Positions 37,009-46,009 of a DNA stretch of 64,000 bases are shown in pieces. Where the stretch lies: positions 128,232 to 192,231 of the forward strand of contig JAQTMH010000004.1 in NCBI GenBank assembly GCA_028714495.1. Reading direction: 5' to 3'. The stretch comes from Patescibacteria group bacterium. GTDB taxonomy: Bacteria; Patescibacteriota; Patescibacteriia; JAHIZJ01. How positions within the stretch are numbered: the first letter of the stretch is position 1; every line of letters starts with the position of its first letter. A program made the position numbers and the translations under genes. The notes beneath the pieces are model-generated. The model was not told where the DNA came from and made no database searches. It worked only from the letters and a program-made list of their open reading frames with translations.

Positions 37009-39090
37009 TTATTCCCAGTGGATTGAGTCTTTAAACTCCTTCATTTTTTGGCGAATGTGGGGATATTTAGATAATTCAAAGTCTTGCTCTAGGATATTTT
37101 TGGCTAAAGTTTGAGCTTTTTTAATAATGGGGAAGTCGGTAAGCTTGGCAATTCTGAATTCTGGGAAACCCGACTGTTTCAGGCCATAAAGCTCGCCCGG
37201 GCCGCGCATTTCCAGGTCTTTCTCTGCCAATTCAAAGCCGTTTTGGGAGGTGAGAACAGCCTGGAGGCGGTTTCGGCCCGCTTCACTTTCAGTTTCGGTG
37301 AGGAGGAAGCAGTAGGATTGGTAGAGCCCGCGGCCGACCCGACCGCGAAATTGATGGAGCTGAGCCAGGCCGAAGCGTTCAGCCGCCTCGATCAGCATAA
37401 CGGTGGCATTAGGTATATCAATCCCGACTTCGACTACCGAGGTCGAGACGAGCAGTTGGATGTGGTTTGCCAGAAACTCGCGCATAACTTTTTCCCGGCT
37501 TTCGGGCCTTAAGCGGCCGTGAAGCAAGCCAATTTTGAATTCAGGAAAAATCTTGGTCGACAGGCGTTCGTATTCCTCCCTGACCGATTTAACGCCCAAT
37601 TTGTCGGACGGATCGATCAGCGGACAGATAACGAAAACTTGTCGGCCGCTTTGGATTTCCTCCGAGATGAAATCGTAGGTGGCTTTCCGTTCGTGCGGCA
37701 ATACGATTTTTGTTGCGATCTTCTGCCGGCCTTTGGGCAGCTCGTCAATAATCGAAATATCCAAATCGCCGTAAAAACCCAGGGCGAGCGTTCGAGGTAT
37801 GGGTGTAGCCGTGAGACTTAAAAAATGGGGTGAGAGTTCGGAATGCGCCCGGGATTTATTAGTCAGCTGCTTTCTCTGGTCTACGCCGAAACGGTGCTGT
37901 TCGTCGACGATAGCCAGTCCCAGGTTTTTGAAGACAACATGCTCCTGAAGTATGGCCTGGGTGCCGATGACCAGCTGAGCATTTCCGTTTGCGATTTTAT
38001 GGTTAAGGGTGGTCTTGGAAACAGCTTTTTTCGGTCGGCTAATCCATTTCTGGGTTCGGGTCAAGAGACAAACGGTGATTTTTTGTTTCTGAAAAAGTTT
38101 GGTAAAGGTTTCGAAGTGCTGCTGGGCGAGGATCTCCGTTGGCGCCAGCATAACTGATTGCCAGCCCCGATCAGCCGCGTTTAAAATTGCCAAGCTGACC
38201 ACCACGGTCTTGCCTGAACCGACATCACCTTCCAGTAGCCGGTTCATTGGCCGGCGCTGTTCCATGTCTTTCAGTATTTCCCAGGCTGAGCGGCGCTGGG
38301 CGTTTGTCAATTTATATGGCAGGGCTTCGACAAAACGTTTGGTCTTTTCTTGATTAAAAGGGATGGCTGGCGCCGGCGTGTGTTCGAGCAGGCGGCGATT
38401 TTGGAGAGTGTATATTTGGATCGGAAAGAGCTCGTCGAACTTCAAGCGTTCCACGGCTTTTTTGAGCCAGGCCTCATTCCTGGGAAAGTGAATTTCCTGA
38501 AGCGCCAGGGGTAGTTCTAATAGATCGACTTCTTTTTTTAGCTGATACGGCAAATAATCAACAGTTCTTCGAGCCAGGGGCTTTGACAACTGGGTTAAGA
38601 ATCGCAGCTGTCTCTGCGTCAATCTGCTGGTAGTTGGATATACGGGCACCAGACGGCCAGTATGGATTTGCGGTCCGCTCAGTTTTTCATATGACGGGCT
38701 GGTGAAGTGAAGTCCGTATTTATCCATTTCGAGCTTGCCTGAAACGACAATTTTGTCTCCCGGAACAAAGGTCTTAGCCAAGTAAGGCTGGTTAAACCAG
38801 ATGATTTTAACTGAACCCGTCTGGTCGCTGACGATCGCCTCGGTGATATACAGGCGGCGGCGGAAACTACGGCGGTTTTGGATGGCGTCAATCTTGCCTT
38901 TGATGGTGACTCGGATGCCAGAGGTAAGTTTGTCTATAGTCGTGATATTAGAAAAATCCTCATACCGCGAAGGGAAATGATAGAGGATGTCTTTGGCATG
39001 TTTTAGGCCGAGATTTTTGAGGCGCTTAGCCACAGTTTGGCCGACCGAGTAGAGTTTCTCAACCGGCGTGTCGAATTGTATAAGTTCCAT
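37009..39090 (-). CDS. recG: ATP-dependent DNA helicase RecG
   Basis: LLEGDVGSGKT, VDEQHRFGV, TATPIPRTL, QLHQFRGRVGRG, DLEMRGPGE. Confidence 0.97.
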   Translation of the reverse strand: MELIQFDTPVEKLYSVGQTVAKRLKNLGLKHAKDILYHFPSRYEDFSNITTIDKLTSGIRVTIKGKIDAIQNRRSFRRRLYITEAIVSDQTGSVKIIWFNQPYLAKTFVPGDKIVVSGKLEMDKYGLHFTSPSYEKLSGPQIHTGRLVPVYPTTSRLTQRQLRFLTQLSKPLARRTVDYLPYQLKKEVDLLELPLALQEIHFPRNEAWLKKAVERLKFDELFPIQIYTLQNRRLLEHTPAPAIPFNQEKTKRFVEALPYKLTNAQRRSAWEILKDMEQRRPMNRLLEGDVGSGKTVVVSLAILNAADRGWQSVMLAPTEILAQQHFETFTKLFQKQKITVCLLTRTQKWISRPKKAVSKTTLNHKIANGNAQLVIGTQAILQEHVVFKNLGLAIVDEQHRFGVDQRKQLTNKSRAHSELSPHFLSLTATPIPRTLALGFYGDLDISIIDELPKGRQKIATKIVLPHERKATYDFISEEIQSGRQVFVICPLIDPSDKLGVKSVREEYERLSTKIFPEFKIGLLHGRLRPESREKVMREFLANHIQLLVSTSVVEVGIDIPNATVMLIEAAERFGLAQLHQFRGRVGRGLYQSYCFLLTETESEAGRNRLQAVLTSQNGFELAEKDLEMRGPGELYGLKQSGFPEFRIAKLTDFPIIKKAQTLAKNILEQDFELSKYPHIRQKMKEFKDSIHWE

Positions 39091-39168
39091 ACCTTCATCG
39101 TATCAAATTACCGTGAAAAGAGAAACAACAAAAAAACGGGCTAAGCAGCCGTTTTTCTTTACGAAGTT

Positions 39169-39369
39169 GTGCGCCTGGTCCCACCACTAGCTCGCGTTGC
39201 TCGTCGTCCGGGACAAGCTCTGCGACTGTCATTTCTCTCCTTTGTGCGCCCGGCAGCCCCGCACCATTCCGCTTCGCTCCAGGTATGGGGTCTTCGAGAG
39301 TTGAATCCCGGATCTCCTCGCATTGCTTGTCGTCCGGGACAAGCTCTGCGACCTAGGTATTCCTCAACT
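39169..39369 (-). repeat. tRNA-Arg downstream repeat units bounded by copies of the tRNA 3' end
   Basis: gtgcgcc(c/t)gg at 39169, 39244 and 39372; ctcgc(g/a)ttgct(c/t)gtcgtccgggacaagctctgcgac occurs twice. Confidence 0.75.
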
Positions 39370-39446
39370 TGGTGCGCCCGGCAGGAGTTGAACCTGCGGC
39401 CTTGAGATCCGCAATCTCACGCTCTATCCAGCTGAGCTACGGGCGC
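39370..39446 (-). tRNA. tRNA-Arg (anticodon GCG), CCA encoded
   Basis: GCGCCCGTAGCTCAGCTGGATAGAGCG-TGAGA-TTGCGGA-TCTCA-AGGCCGCAGGTTCAACTCCTGC-CGGGCGCACCA. Confidence 0.95.
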
Positions 39447-39522
39447 ACCAAGTTGATGAGTAATGCATTATGGTTTAATAGTCGGGGTTTAATTGAAGAG
39501 TTTATCCCCGCGAAAGCGGGGA

Positions 39523-39547
39523 CTCTATCCAGCTGAGCTATGAGGGC
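39523..39547 (-). pseudogene. tRNA-Arg-like 5' fragment
   Basis: GCCCTCATAGCTCAGCTGGATAGAG; 18 nt identical to the tRNA D-arm region; abuts palindrome ccccgcgaaagcgggg. Confidence 0.7.
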
Positions 39548-39613
39548 TTGGTAAGACGGACTCTTGTGTTATTTATGAGGGTTATATTGATACTGCGCTG
39601 GGGCTACAGGCAC

Positions 39614-40105
39614 TCATAGTTTGTAATCACGACTTAGAACTTCAGAGAGAGATTCGTCCTCCTTAGTCGGATCTTCTTTGAGGTAGTTGAGCAGGATGTC
39701 GCGGACTTTCACGGGATTAGCGTTTTCCAGTTGAATGACCAAATCGGGCCGTAAGTTTGATTTGAAATTAAGGTAGAGATATTTGCTCTCCGGTGGTTTG
39801 TATATTAACCAGAATTTGGCGATGCTGTCAAAAGAATAAAACCTATTTTCAACCTCAAGGCCATCTTCGGTGATAGTTAATTTCAAAATTAGAGGCTTTC
39901 GTCTGGCGGTGATCAGAATTACCGCCCAGATGATGATAATCATCATCAGGAAGAGAAAGTTAGCTGTCATGACGGCATAGAGGGCGCTGAGAGCGCCGAT
40001 CAGAAGAAATACAGTGTACCAAACTTTTCCGCGCCTGTGCTCTTGAAATTCGGGAAACTTCCAGGAGATAAGCTTTTTACCGCGGTCGGGTGTATTTTCG
40101 GGCAT
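39614..40105 (-). CDS. Conserved hypothetical membrane protein (2 TM plus PH-like domain)
   Basis: WKFPEFQEHRRGKVW, two TM helices, ITEDGLEV...FWLIYKPP. Confidence 0.7.
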   Translation of the reverse strand: MPENTPDRGKKLISWKFPEFQEHRRGKVWYTVFLLIGALSALYAVMTANFLFLMMIIIIWAVILITARRKPLILKLTITEDGLEVENRFYSFDSIAKFWLIYKPPESKYLYLNFKSNLRPDLVIQLENANPVKVRDILLNYLKEDPTKEDESLSEVLSRDYKL

Positions 40106-40183
40106 ATTAAATACGCTAATAATTAGCGCTTACATCTTAACACTTTTTCAGCAAAAACAACAGAGATTGCTGATTTATTTTGC

Positions 40184-40909
40184 TTATTTTAAAGCCTCGT
40201 CGAGAGCCTGTTTTAATTCGGAATAACTCTGGAACGGATTGAGAAATTTTCCGTTAAGATAGTAGGTCGGTGTGCCACGGATGGGAATTTTCTGGCCGTT
40301 TTTATAAGCCTCGTCAACGATTTTCTTTATCTCATCAGAGGCGTAGTCGGTTTGGAATTTTTGACTGTCCAGACCGAGCGATTTGGCGTAACTTATAAAC
40401 TTACTTGATGGATCGTTTTCGCTTGACCAGTCCGATTGTTTTTCAAAAAGAAAATCGTGCATTTCCCAGAATTTGTCCTGTTTATTGGCGGCTTCGGCGG
40501 CTCGGGCAGCCGGCTCGGCATTTGGATGGATATTTTTCAAAGGGAAATGACGAAAGACAAAAGCCACCTTGTCGCCGTATTCCTCCTGAGCTTTTTTGAT
40601 CAGAAAGTAGCGGGCAGAGCAAGCCGGGCACTGGAAGTCGCTGTATTCGATCAAAATTGCTCGAGCGTTTCGCGCGCCTTTGACGTTATCAGAATCAGCG
40701 ATTGTCTGAACTGATGGTTTTTGACCGTCTGTTTTTTTTGTGGCAAAAAGAATACCGGTGATTCCCAGACAGACGGCTAAAACCAAGCCACCCCAAAGAA
40801 GCATCTTTTTTGGCTTTCTTTGCGCCGTTAATTGAGTTCCTTTCCTATCTTGTCGTTCGATTTCCCGGCGTTCCCGTCTTGTGATTGGTTGTTCGCTTGG
40901 TTGGTTCAT
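40184..40909 (-). CDS. DsbA-family thiol-disulfide oxidoreductase
   Basis: IEYSDFQCPAC, FRHFPL, GTPTYYLNG. Confidence 0.92.
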   Translation of the reverse strand: MNQPSEQPITRRERREIERQDRKGTQLTAQRKPKKMLLWGGLVLAVCLGITGILFATKKTDGQKPSVQTIADSDNVKGARNARAILIEYSDFQCPACSARYFLIKKAQEEYGDKVAFVFRHFPLKNIHPNAEPAARAAEAANKQDKFWEMHDFLFEKQSDWSSENDPSSKFISYAKSLGLDSQKFQTDYASDEIKKIVDEAYKNGQKIPIRGTPTYYLNGKFLNPFQSYSELKQALDEALK

Positions 40910-41041
40910 ATTAAAAAAAGTAATAATCTAATATAGCGCAAATTATTCTTTTTGTCAAGACTAATAAGTTAAGTAAGAGTTTTTAACGATTATTCAAGAT
41001 CCTTAGATTTTTTCTATAAGTATGTGGGATCCCGCACAGAG

Positions 41042-41128
41042 CGGAGGGGGTGAGATTCGAACTCACGGTACCTTTGCAGGTACAACGGTTTTCAAGACCG
41101 TCCCCTTAAACCACTCAGGCACCCCTCC
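41042..41128 (-). tRNA. tRNA-Ser (anticodon TGA), CCA not encoded
   Basis: GGAGGGGTGCCTGAGTGG...ACGGT-CTTGAAA-ACCGT, long variable arm, GTTCGAATC, CCCCTCCG. Confidence 0.95.
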
Positions 41129-41233
41129 GCCATGTGCGAAATCGCACTTCGCCAATTAGATATTCAAGCGTTTCCCAATCAAGAGACTTTTCAAATTAAT
41201 TTTGGCTACCAGCCACACGTAGCCTTGGCGAAG

Positions 41234-41384
41234 TGTGGCGGAGAGTGCAGGATTCGGGTCCTGGGCAGCGGCGGACTTGCCGCCGGCAACTCCGCCGGCG
41301 TCTCGCGGCGCCCTTCGGGCTTGCTCACTGCTGCCCTTCGAATCCTGTCTTTGCTTTTTAACTTGCTTCCGCTTCGCTCCAGCA
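41234..41384 (-). repeat. 151-bp structured unit ending in a 23-bp duplicate of the tRNA-Ser(GCT) 3' end
   Basis: tgtggcggagagtgcaggattcg at 41234 and 41385; internal aggattcg...gggcagc...gctgccc...cgaatcct inverted repeats. Confidence 0.85.
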
Positions 41385-41386
41385 TG

Positions 41387-41476
41387 TGGCGGAGAGTGCA
41401 GGATTCGAACCTGCGAGGCCCCCGAAGGGGCCAAGGTTTAGCAAACCTTTGCCTTAAGCCACTCGGCCAACTCTCC
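41387..41476 (-). tRNA. tRNA-Ser (anticodon GCT), CCA encoded
   Basis: GGAGAGTTGGCCGAGTGG...AAGGT-TTGCTAA-ACCTT, long variable arm, GGTTCGAATCC, ACTCTCCGCCA. Confidence 0.95.
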
Positions 41477-41479
41477 TTG

Positions 41480-41725
41480 TTATTGGCTGTTAAATAGCCA
41501 TTTAATTCTGTCACGGCCCTTACCTGATTTTAAGAATTTTTCCTCTCTCGCTGCATCATCTTTGTTATAGAATACCTCGTAATATATTAATACCCAAGGC
41601 CCATTCTGTTTTGTGAAGATAGACTTACCCGACTGATGTTCGATTAGTCTGCGTTTCAGGTTGTTGGTAAGACCTTTATAAAGCTTACTATTGGATTTAC
41701 TTTTTAGAATATATACATAATACAT
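41480..41725 (-). CDS. Small stand-alone GIY-YIG nuclease
   Basis: MYYVYILKS...LYKGLTNNLKRRLIEH...LIYYE...AAREEKFLKSGKGR; AT-rich. Confidence 0.9.
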   Translation of the reverse strand: MYYVYILKSKSNSKLYKGLTNNLKRRLIEHQSGKSIFTKQNGPWVLIYYEVFYNKDDAAREEKFLKSGKGRDRIKWLFNSQ

Positions 41726-41730
41726 AATAA

Positions 41731-41778
41731 CCACTCTCGGCCCAAGGCCGATCCGCCTCGGGCGGAGGCCAACTCTCC
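41731..41778 (-). pseudogene. tRNA-Ser(GCT) 5'-end duplicate interrupted by a 30-bp double hairpin
   Basis: ccactc[tcggcccaaggccgatccgcctcgggcgga]ggccaactctcc versus ccactcggccaactctcc at 41459-41476. Confidence 0.8.
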
Positions 41779-41790
41779 GTGCAATATTTA

Positions 41791-42519
41791 TTATTTTTGT
41801 GAACGGGCGAGAACCGCACCCCAGACTTCTTTTGCGCCGGCTAGTTTGAGCACTTTAGCGCATTCATTCAGAGTCGCTGTGGTCGTGGCCACATCATCAA
41901 TAATTATAACCTTTTGACCAGATAAGACAACCCCGCGTTTCAATTCAAAAGCCGATTTGAGGTTGATCAGCCTCTCGGCACGCGAGAGCCGGGCTTGCGG
42001 CCGGGTGTAAGCTTTACGGATGAGTATATCAGCTTTAATTGGCCAGTCAAGGACCGACGCGATTGATACGGCCAGACACTTAGCTTGATTAAAACCTCGC
42101 TCGTTTTTTCTTCGCCAGTGGAGCGGTACTGGCATTATGATGGGCTTTATGTGTTGAATTTGTCCAGTAAATTCCGATTTGATTTTGCGGGCCAGCATTT
42201 TTCCCATAATTTCACCCAGGTCAGTAACAAATTGATATTTTAAGGTATGAACAATTTTTTGGATTAACGGGATCTGATAATCAGTGAGTACGATTAAACC
42301 TGACAGCGGGGTTTGAGTTCGGCAAGCTGAACAGACGTGATTATCAAATTGGGGTATTCGGCAGATTGGACATTCTGGCTGAAGCGTGGTTTCTAGTCGC
42401 TTAGAGCACTGGGGACACAACCAGGTATCATACCGGCCGCATCCACCCAGGCATTTGACAGGGAAGATTAGATTAAAGACCGCTGGCCAGATTTTTTCAA
42501 TATATTTTTTCATAAACAA
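41791..42519 (-). CDS. comF: ComF family competence protein
   Basis: N-terminal Cys pairs, PVPLHWRRKNERGFNQ, IIDDVATTTATL. Confidence 0.92.
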   Translation of the reverse strand: MFMKKYIEKIWPAVFNLIFPVKCLGGCGRYDTWLCPQCSKRLETTLQPECPICRIPQFDNHVCSACRTQTPLSGLIVLTDYQIPLIQKIVHTLKYQFVTDLGEIMGKMLARKIKSEFTGQIQHIKPIIMPVPLHWRRKNERGFNQAKCLAVSIASVLDWPIKADILIRKAYTRPQARLSRAERLINLKSAFELKRGVVLSGQKVIIIDDVATTTATLNECAKVLKLAGAKEVWGAVLARSQK

Positions 42520-42559
42520 AAAGGGTCAGTTATTCTCCCGGCCCGTCTTGTTTAATAAA

Positions 42560-45046
42560 CTATTGTTTTAGAATAATTGCTTTGTTTTTAACTTCGAGGA
42601 TAATCGGCGAGCCTTTTGAAAGCCGTCCGGTAATAATCGATTCAGCAATTAGATTTTCTATCTCATCCTGGATAATTTTTCTAATTGCCCGCGCGCCCTC
42701 ATCGGGCTGAAAGCCCTTCTTGGCGATATATTTAATAACATCTTTGGTCGGCTCAAAAGTCAGATTTTGAGCTTGAAGCCGCTGCCCGAACTCTTTGAGC
42801 TGAAGTTCGACGATTTTTTCTATATCCTTTTTGGTCAGCGGCCGGAAAACAATTATCTTGTCGAGCCGGTTCAAGAATTCAGGCCGGAAGCTCTTTTTTA
42901 AATCTTTTAATATTTCCTCTTTCATCTGGTTATAGCGCTGGTCCAATTCCTCGGTTTGTTTGTCGGCCTGGAAGCCCATCGAGGCTAGCCGATTCAGCTC
43001 AGCTATACCGATATTCGAAGTCATTATGATGGTAGTGTTTTTAAAGTTTACCTTTTTCCCGACGGCGTCAGTTAAATGACCATCTTCAAGAACTTGGAGC
43101 AAGAGATTAAAAACATCGCGATGCGCCTTTTCAATCTCATCGAAGAGGATGACAGAATAAGGCTTGCGCCTGACCGCTTCGGTTAATTTATTGCCTTCTT
43201 TATAGCCGACATAGCCGGCTGGGGCGCCGATTAATTTTGATATTTGGAAACTTTCGCTGAATTCCGACATATCCAGGCGAATCAGGGCGTTTTTGTCCTC
43301 ATAGACTTCCTCGGCGATTACCTTGGCTAGTTCAGTTTTGCCTACGCCTGACGGCCCCAGAAACATGAATGAACCGATTGGCCGATCGACTGGAGCCAGA
43401 CCCGCGCGAGACCGACGGATAAATTGAGACACGGTGCTGACAGCCTCTGACTGGCCGATCACCCGGCGGCTAAGAATTTTTTCAAGGTTCAGAAGCTTAG
43501 TTTTTTCCTCCTTTAGGAGTTCGTTTAGTGGCACCTGGGTAATCCGGGAGACGACTTCAGCCACTTCTTTTTCAGTAATTTGGCCATAGGAGAATTTTTG
43601 TTCCTGGCGTTGTTTTTCTTTGATGACGCTCAAACGTTGGCGGAGCAGCTCCTGCTGGGTTTTGAGGCGTAGAGCCAGGGAAAATTGCTCCTTCGTCACC
43701 AGCGAGCGCTTTTTCCGCTCAAGCTTTTCGATCTCTCTTTCAATTTTGATAATTTCCTTGATTGAGCTATCACGTTTGGCCATAACTTTAAACTTTGAGG
43801 CCGCTTCGTCAATTAAGTCAATCGCCTTATCCGGCAGACACTTCTCCTGGAGATAACGCTGGCTTAGTTTTACGGCCGCTTGCAGAGCTTCATCGGCAAT
43901 ATTCACTTGGTGGAAAGTTTCGTAGTTCTTCTTGATTCCCCTGAGAACTTCTAGGGTTTCTTCAGGCGAGGCTTCCTCGACCAGGATCGGCTGAAAACGG
44001 CGCTCCAGGGCCGGATCCGATTCGATGTGCTTACGGTATTCATCCAGAGTGGTGGCGCCGATACAACGAATGTCTCCTTTTGAGAGAGCCGGCTTTAAAA
44101 TATTTGCCGCATCGAGAGTGCCAGTTGCTCCGCCAGTGCCGATTATGGTATGCAGTTCATCAATAAATAAAACAATATTCGGATCTTTTTTTATCTCATC
44201 GATAATTTGTTTGAACCGCGCCTCGAATTCCCCCCGGTAAATCGTTCCGGCAATGACCAGGCCGAGGTCGAGGCTTAAAATGCGCTTGTTCAGCAGTATG
44301 TCCGGAACTTCCTGGTTGAGGATTTTTTTTGCTAAACCCTCGACAATAGCCGTTTTACCGACTCCCGGATCGCCGATAAGCACGGGATTGTTTTTCGTCC
44401 GGCGGGAAAGGATGTGGATGAGGCGCTCGATTTCACGGGAGCGGCCGATTACCGGGTCGATCTTTTTCTGCATTTTTTCGCTAGTCAGATCAGAACAGAA
44501 AAAATCAAGGGCTGGAGTCTGGGTTTTTACCCCGTCAGCCGGCTGGAGCTCTGTGGGTTTATCAAAAATCTCCGTAAGATCGGGAAATTTCGACGTACTC
44601 TTCAACACGGTCTGAAGCTGTTCCTGAAGTCCAGTCGGTTTCATTTGGCTTCCCTGGAAGATTGAATTGACGACTGGCGAATTTTGCTGGACCAGGGCGT
44701 GAAGCAGATGTTCTGTGCCGATGTATTTATGCTGGTATTGGTTGGCTGTACCGCTGGCTTTGACCAGGGCGTTTTTCACTGTTTCGGAAAAACCAGGCAC
44801 GTGGGATGGCAGGTGGTCGGTCTTCACCGGCAGGTTCTTGGCTAGGATGATTTCTTTAGCCAACTCTTTTTTCAGGCCAAGTTTATTTAATATTTCAGAG
44901 GCCAGGCTGCCACGTTGCAAGGTTAAGCTATATATCAGGTGTTCCGGATTAACCATAGGGTGGCCCCATTCCTGAGCCAAATCAGCCGCTTTTAGAAGCG
45001 TATTTTTTAGGTGGGTGGTAAATTTATTTAGGGTGTCTAAGTTCAT
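42560..45046 (-). CDS. clpC: ATP-dependent Clp protease ATP-binding subunit
   Basis: Clp-N repeats, two AAA modules (GDPGVGKT, GPSGVGKT), short UVR-like middle domain. Confidence 0.92.
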   Translation of the reverse strand: MNLDTLNKFTTHLKNTLLKAADLAQEWGHPMVNPEHLIYSLTLQRGSLASEILNKLGLKKELAKEIILAKNLPVKTDHLPSHVPGFSETVKNALVKASGTANQYQHKYIGTEHLLHALVQQNSPVVNSIFQGSQMKPTGLQEQLQTVLKSTSKFPDLTEIFDKPTELQPADGVKTQTPALDFFCSDLTSEKMQKKIDPVIGRSREIERLIHILSRRTKNNPVLIGDPGVGKTAIVEGLAKKILNQEVPDILLNKRILSLDLGLVIAGTIYRGEFEARFKQIIDEIKKDPNIVLFIDELHTIIGTGGATGTLDAANILKPALSKGDIRCIGATTLDEYRKHIESDPALERRFQPILVEEASPEETLEVLRGIKKNYETFHQVNIADEALQAAVKLSQRYLQEKCLPDKAIDLIDEAASKFKVMAKRDSSIKEIIKIEREIEKLERKKRSLVTKEQFSLALRLKTQQELLRQRLSVIKEKQRQEQKFSYGQITEKEVAEVVSRITQVPLNELLKEEKTKLLNLEKILSRRVIGQSEAVSTVSQFIRRSRAGLAPVDRPIGSFMFLGPSGVGKTELAKVIAEEVYEDKNALIRLDMSEFSESFQISKLIGAPAGYVGYKEGNKLTEAVRRKPYSVILFDEIEKAHRDVFNLLLQVLEDGHLTDAVGKKVNFKNTTIIMTSNIGIAELNRLASMGFQADKQTEELDQRYNQMKEEILKDLKKSFRPEFLNRLDKIIVFRPLTKKDIEKIVELQLKEFGQRLQAQNLTFEPTKDVIKYIAKKGFQPDEGARAIRKIIQDEIENLIAESIITGRLSKGSPIILEVKNKAIILKQ

Positions 45047-45048
45047 TT

Positions 45049-45921
45049 TTAAGCCATTGTTCTCAAGGCCTTGACTCGTTCTTCAATGGGCGGATGGGTT
45101 GAAAAAAGATTGCGGAAGCCCTTTTTCCCTCCAAACGGACTGGCGATATAGAGATGGGCAGTAGCTTTATTTGTCCGCCGCATCGGATCTTTATAGCTGC
45201 TGATTTTTTCGAGAGCGCGAGCCAGACCTTCGGGGTAGCGCGTCAGCAAAGCCCCCGAAGCGTCAGCTAAAAACTCGCGTTTGCGGGATATGGCGAATTG
45301 GATCAGCCGGGCGAAAATTGGCGAGAGGATGATTAGAATTAAGCCGACAATGGCCAGGATACTGCCTCCCTCGCGCCGCCGGCTCCCGCCAAACAGGCTG
45401 CCCCGGAGGAAAATATCAGCCAGAAGCGTGATAAAGCCAACACAGATAATAACCACCATCATTATGCGGATATCGTAGTTTTTCACATGAGAAAGCTCGT
45501 GGGCCAGCACGCCTTCAAGCTCCTCGTTTTCGAGCCGTTCAATCAGACCGGTCGTGACTGCGATAGAGGAGTGCTTGGGGTCCCGTCCGGTGGCAAAGGC
45601 ATTCGGTGCCGGATCATTGATAATGTATATCTTCGGGAGAGGCAGTCCTGACGTGATGCAGAGATTCTCGACCATCCGATAAACGTACGGGTTCTGCTCT
45701 TTGGCTATTGGTTGTGCGCCGGCGGTGAACAGGGCGATTTTATCGCCGGAGTAGTAGCTCAGGAAACTTAGGCCGATGGCGATTATCAGAGCCCAGATAA
45801 TTCCAGCATAGCCAAATCTGAAAATTTGGCCCAGAGCCCAGCCAATTGCTCCAACCAGAATAATGAACAGAATTATCAAGACGATACTTTTGCGTTTGTT
45901 GGCAGAGATTTGTTTGTACAT
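45049..45921 (-). CDS. htpX: M48 zinc metalloprotease HtpX
   Basis: PNAFATG, AHELSH, REFLAD, STHPP. Confidence 0.95.
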   Translation of the reverse strand: MYKQISANKRKSIVLIILFIILVGAIGWALGQIFRFGYAGIIWALIIAIGLSFLSYYSGDKIALFTAGAQPIAKEQNPYVYRMVENLCITSGLPLPKIYIINDPAPNAFATGRDPKHSSIAVTTGLIERLENEELEGVLAHELSHVKNYDIRIMMVVIICVGFITLLADIFLRGSLFGGSRRREGGSILAIVGLILIILSPIFARLIQFAISRKREFLADASGALLTRYPEGLARALEKISSYKDPMRRTNKATAHLYIASPFGGKKGFRNLFSTHPPIEERVKALRTMA

Positions 45922-46009
45922 AGTGGAGATGAGAAACGGCTGTTTGCCAGCCGTCTCTTATTTAAGTCTGGAGTGCCGCTAGAAATAGCGCGTCAGTTTT
46001 CCCGGTCTC

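Noticed and set aside
39169-39405. 78-aa ORF with repeated RPGQALR
   Set aside because: It is a translation of the tRNA-associated repeat units.
39523-39547. Split or intron-containing tRNA
   Set aside because: No matching 3' half for the GCCCTCA acceptor strand and no intron structure seen; kept as a fragment.
41067-41083. gtacc...ggtac hairpin resembling the coding palindrome family
   Set aside because: It is the normal variable arm of tRNA-Ser(TGA).
41132-41514. Several short ORFs on both strands
   Set aside because: They overlap tRNA-Ser(GCT) and its GC-rich repeat; spurious.
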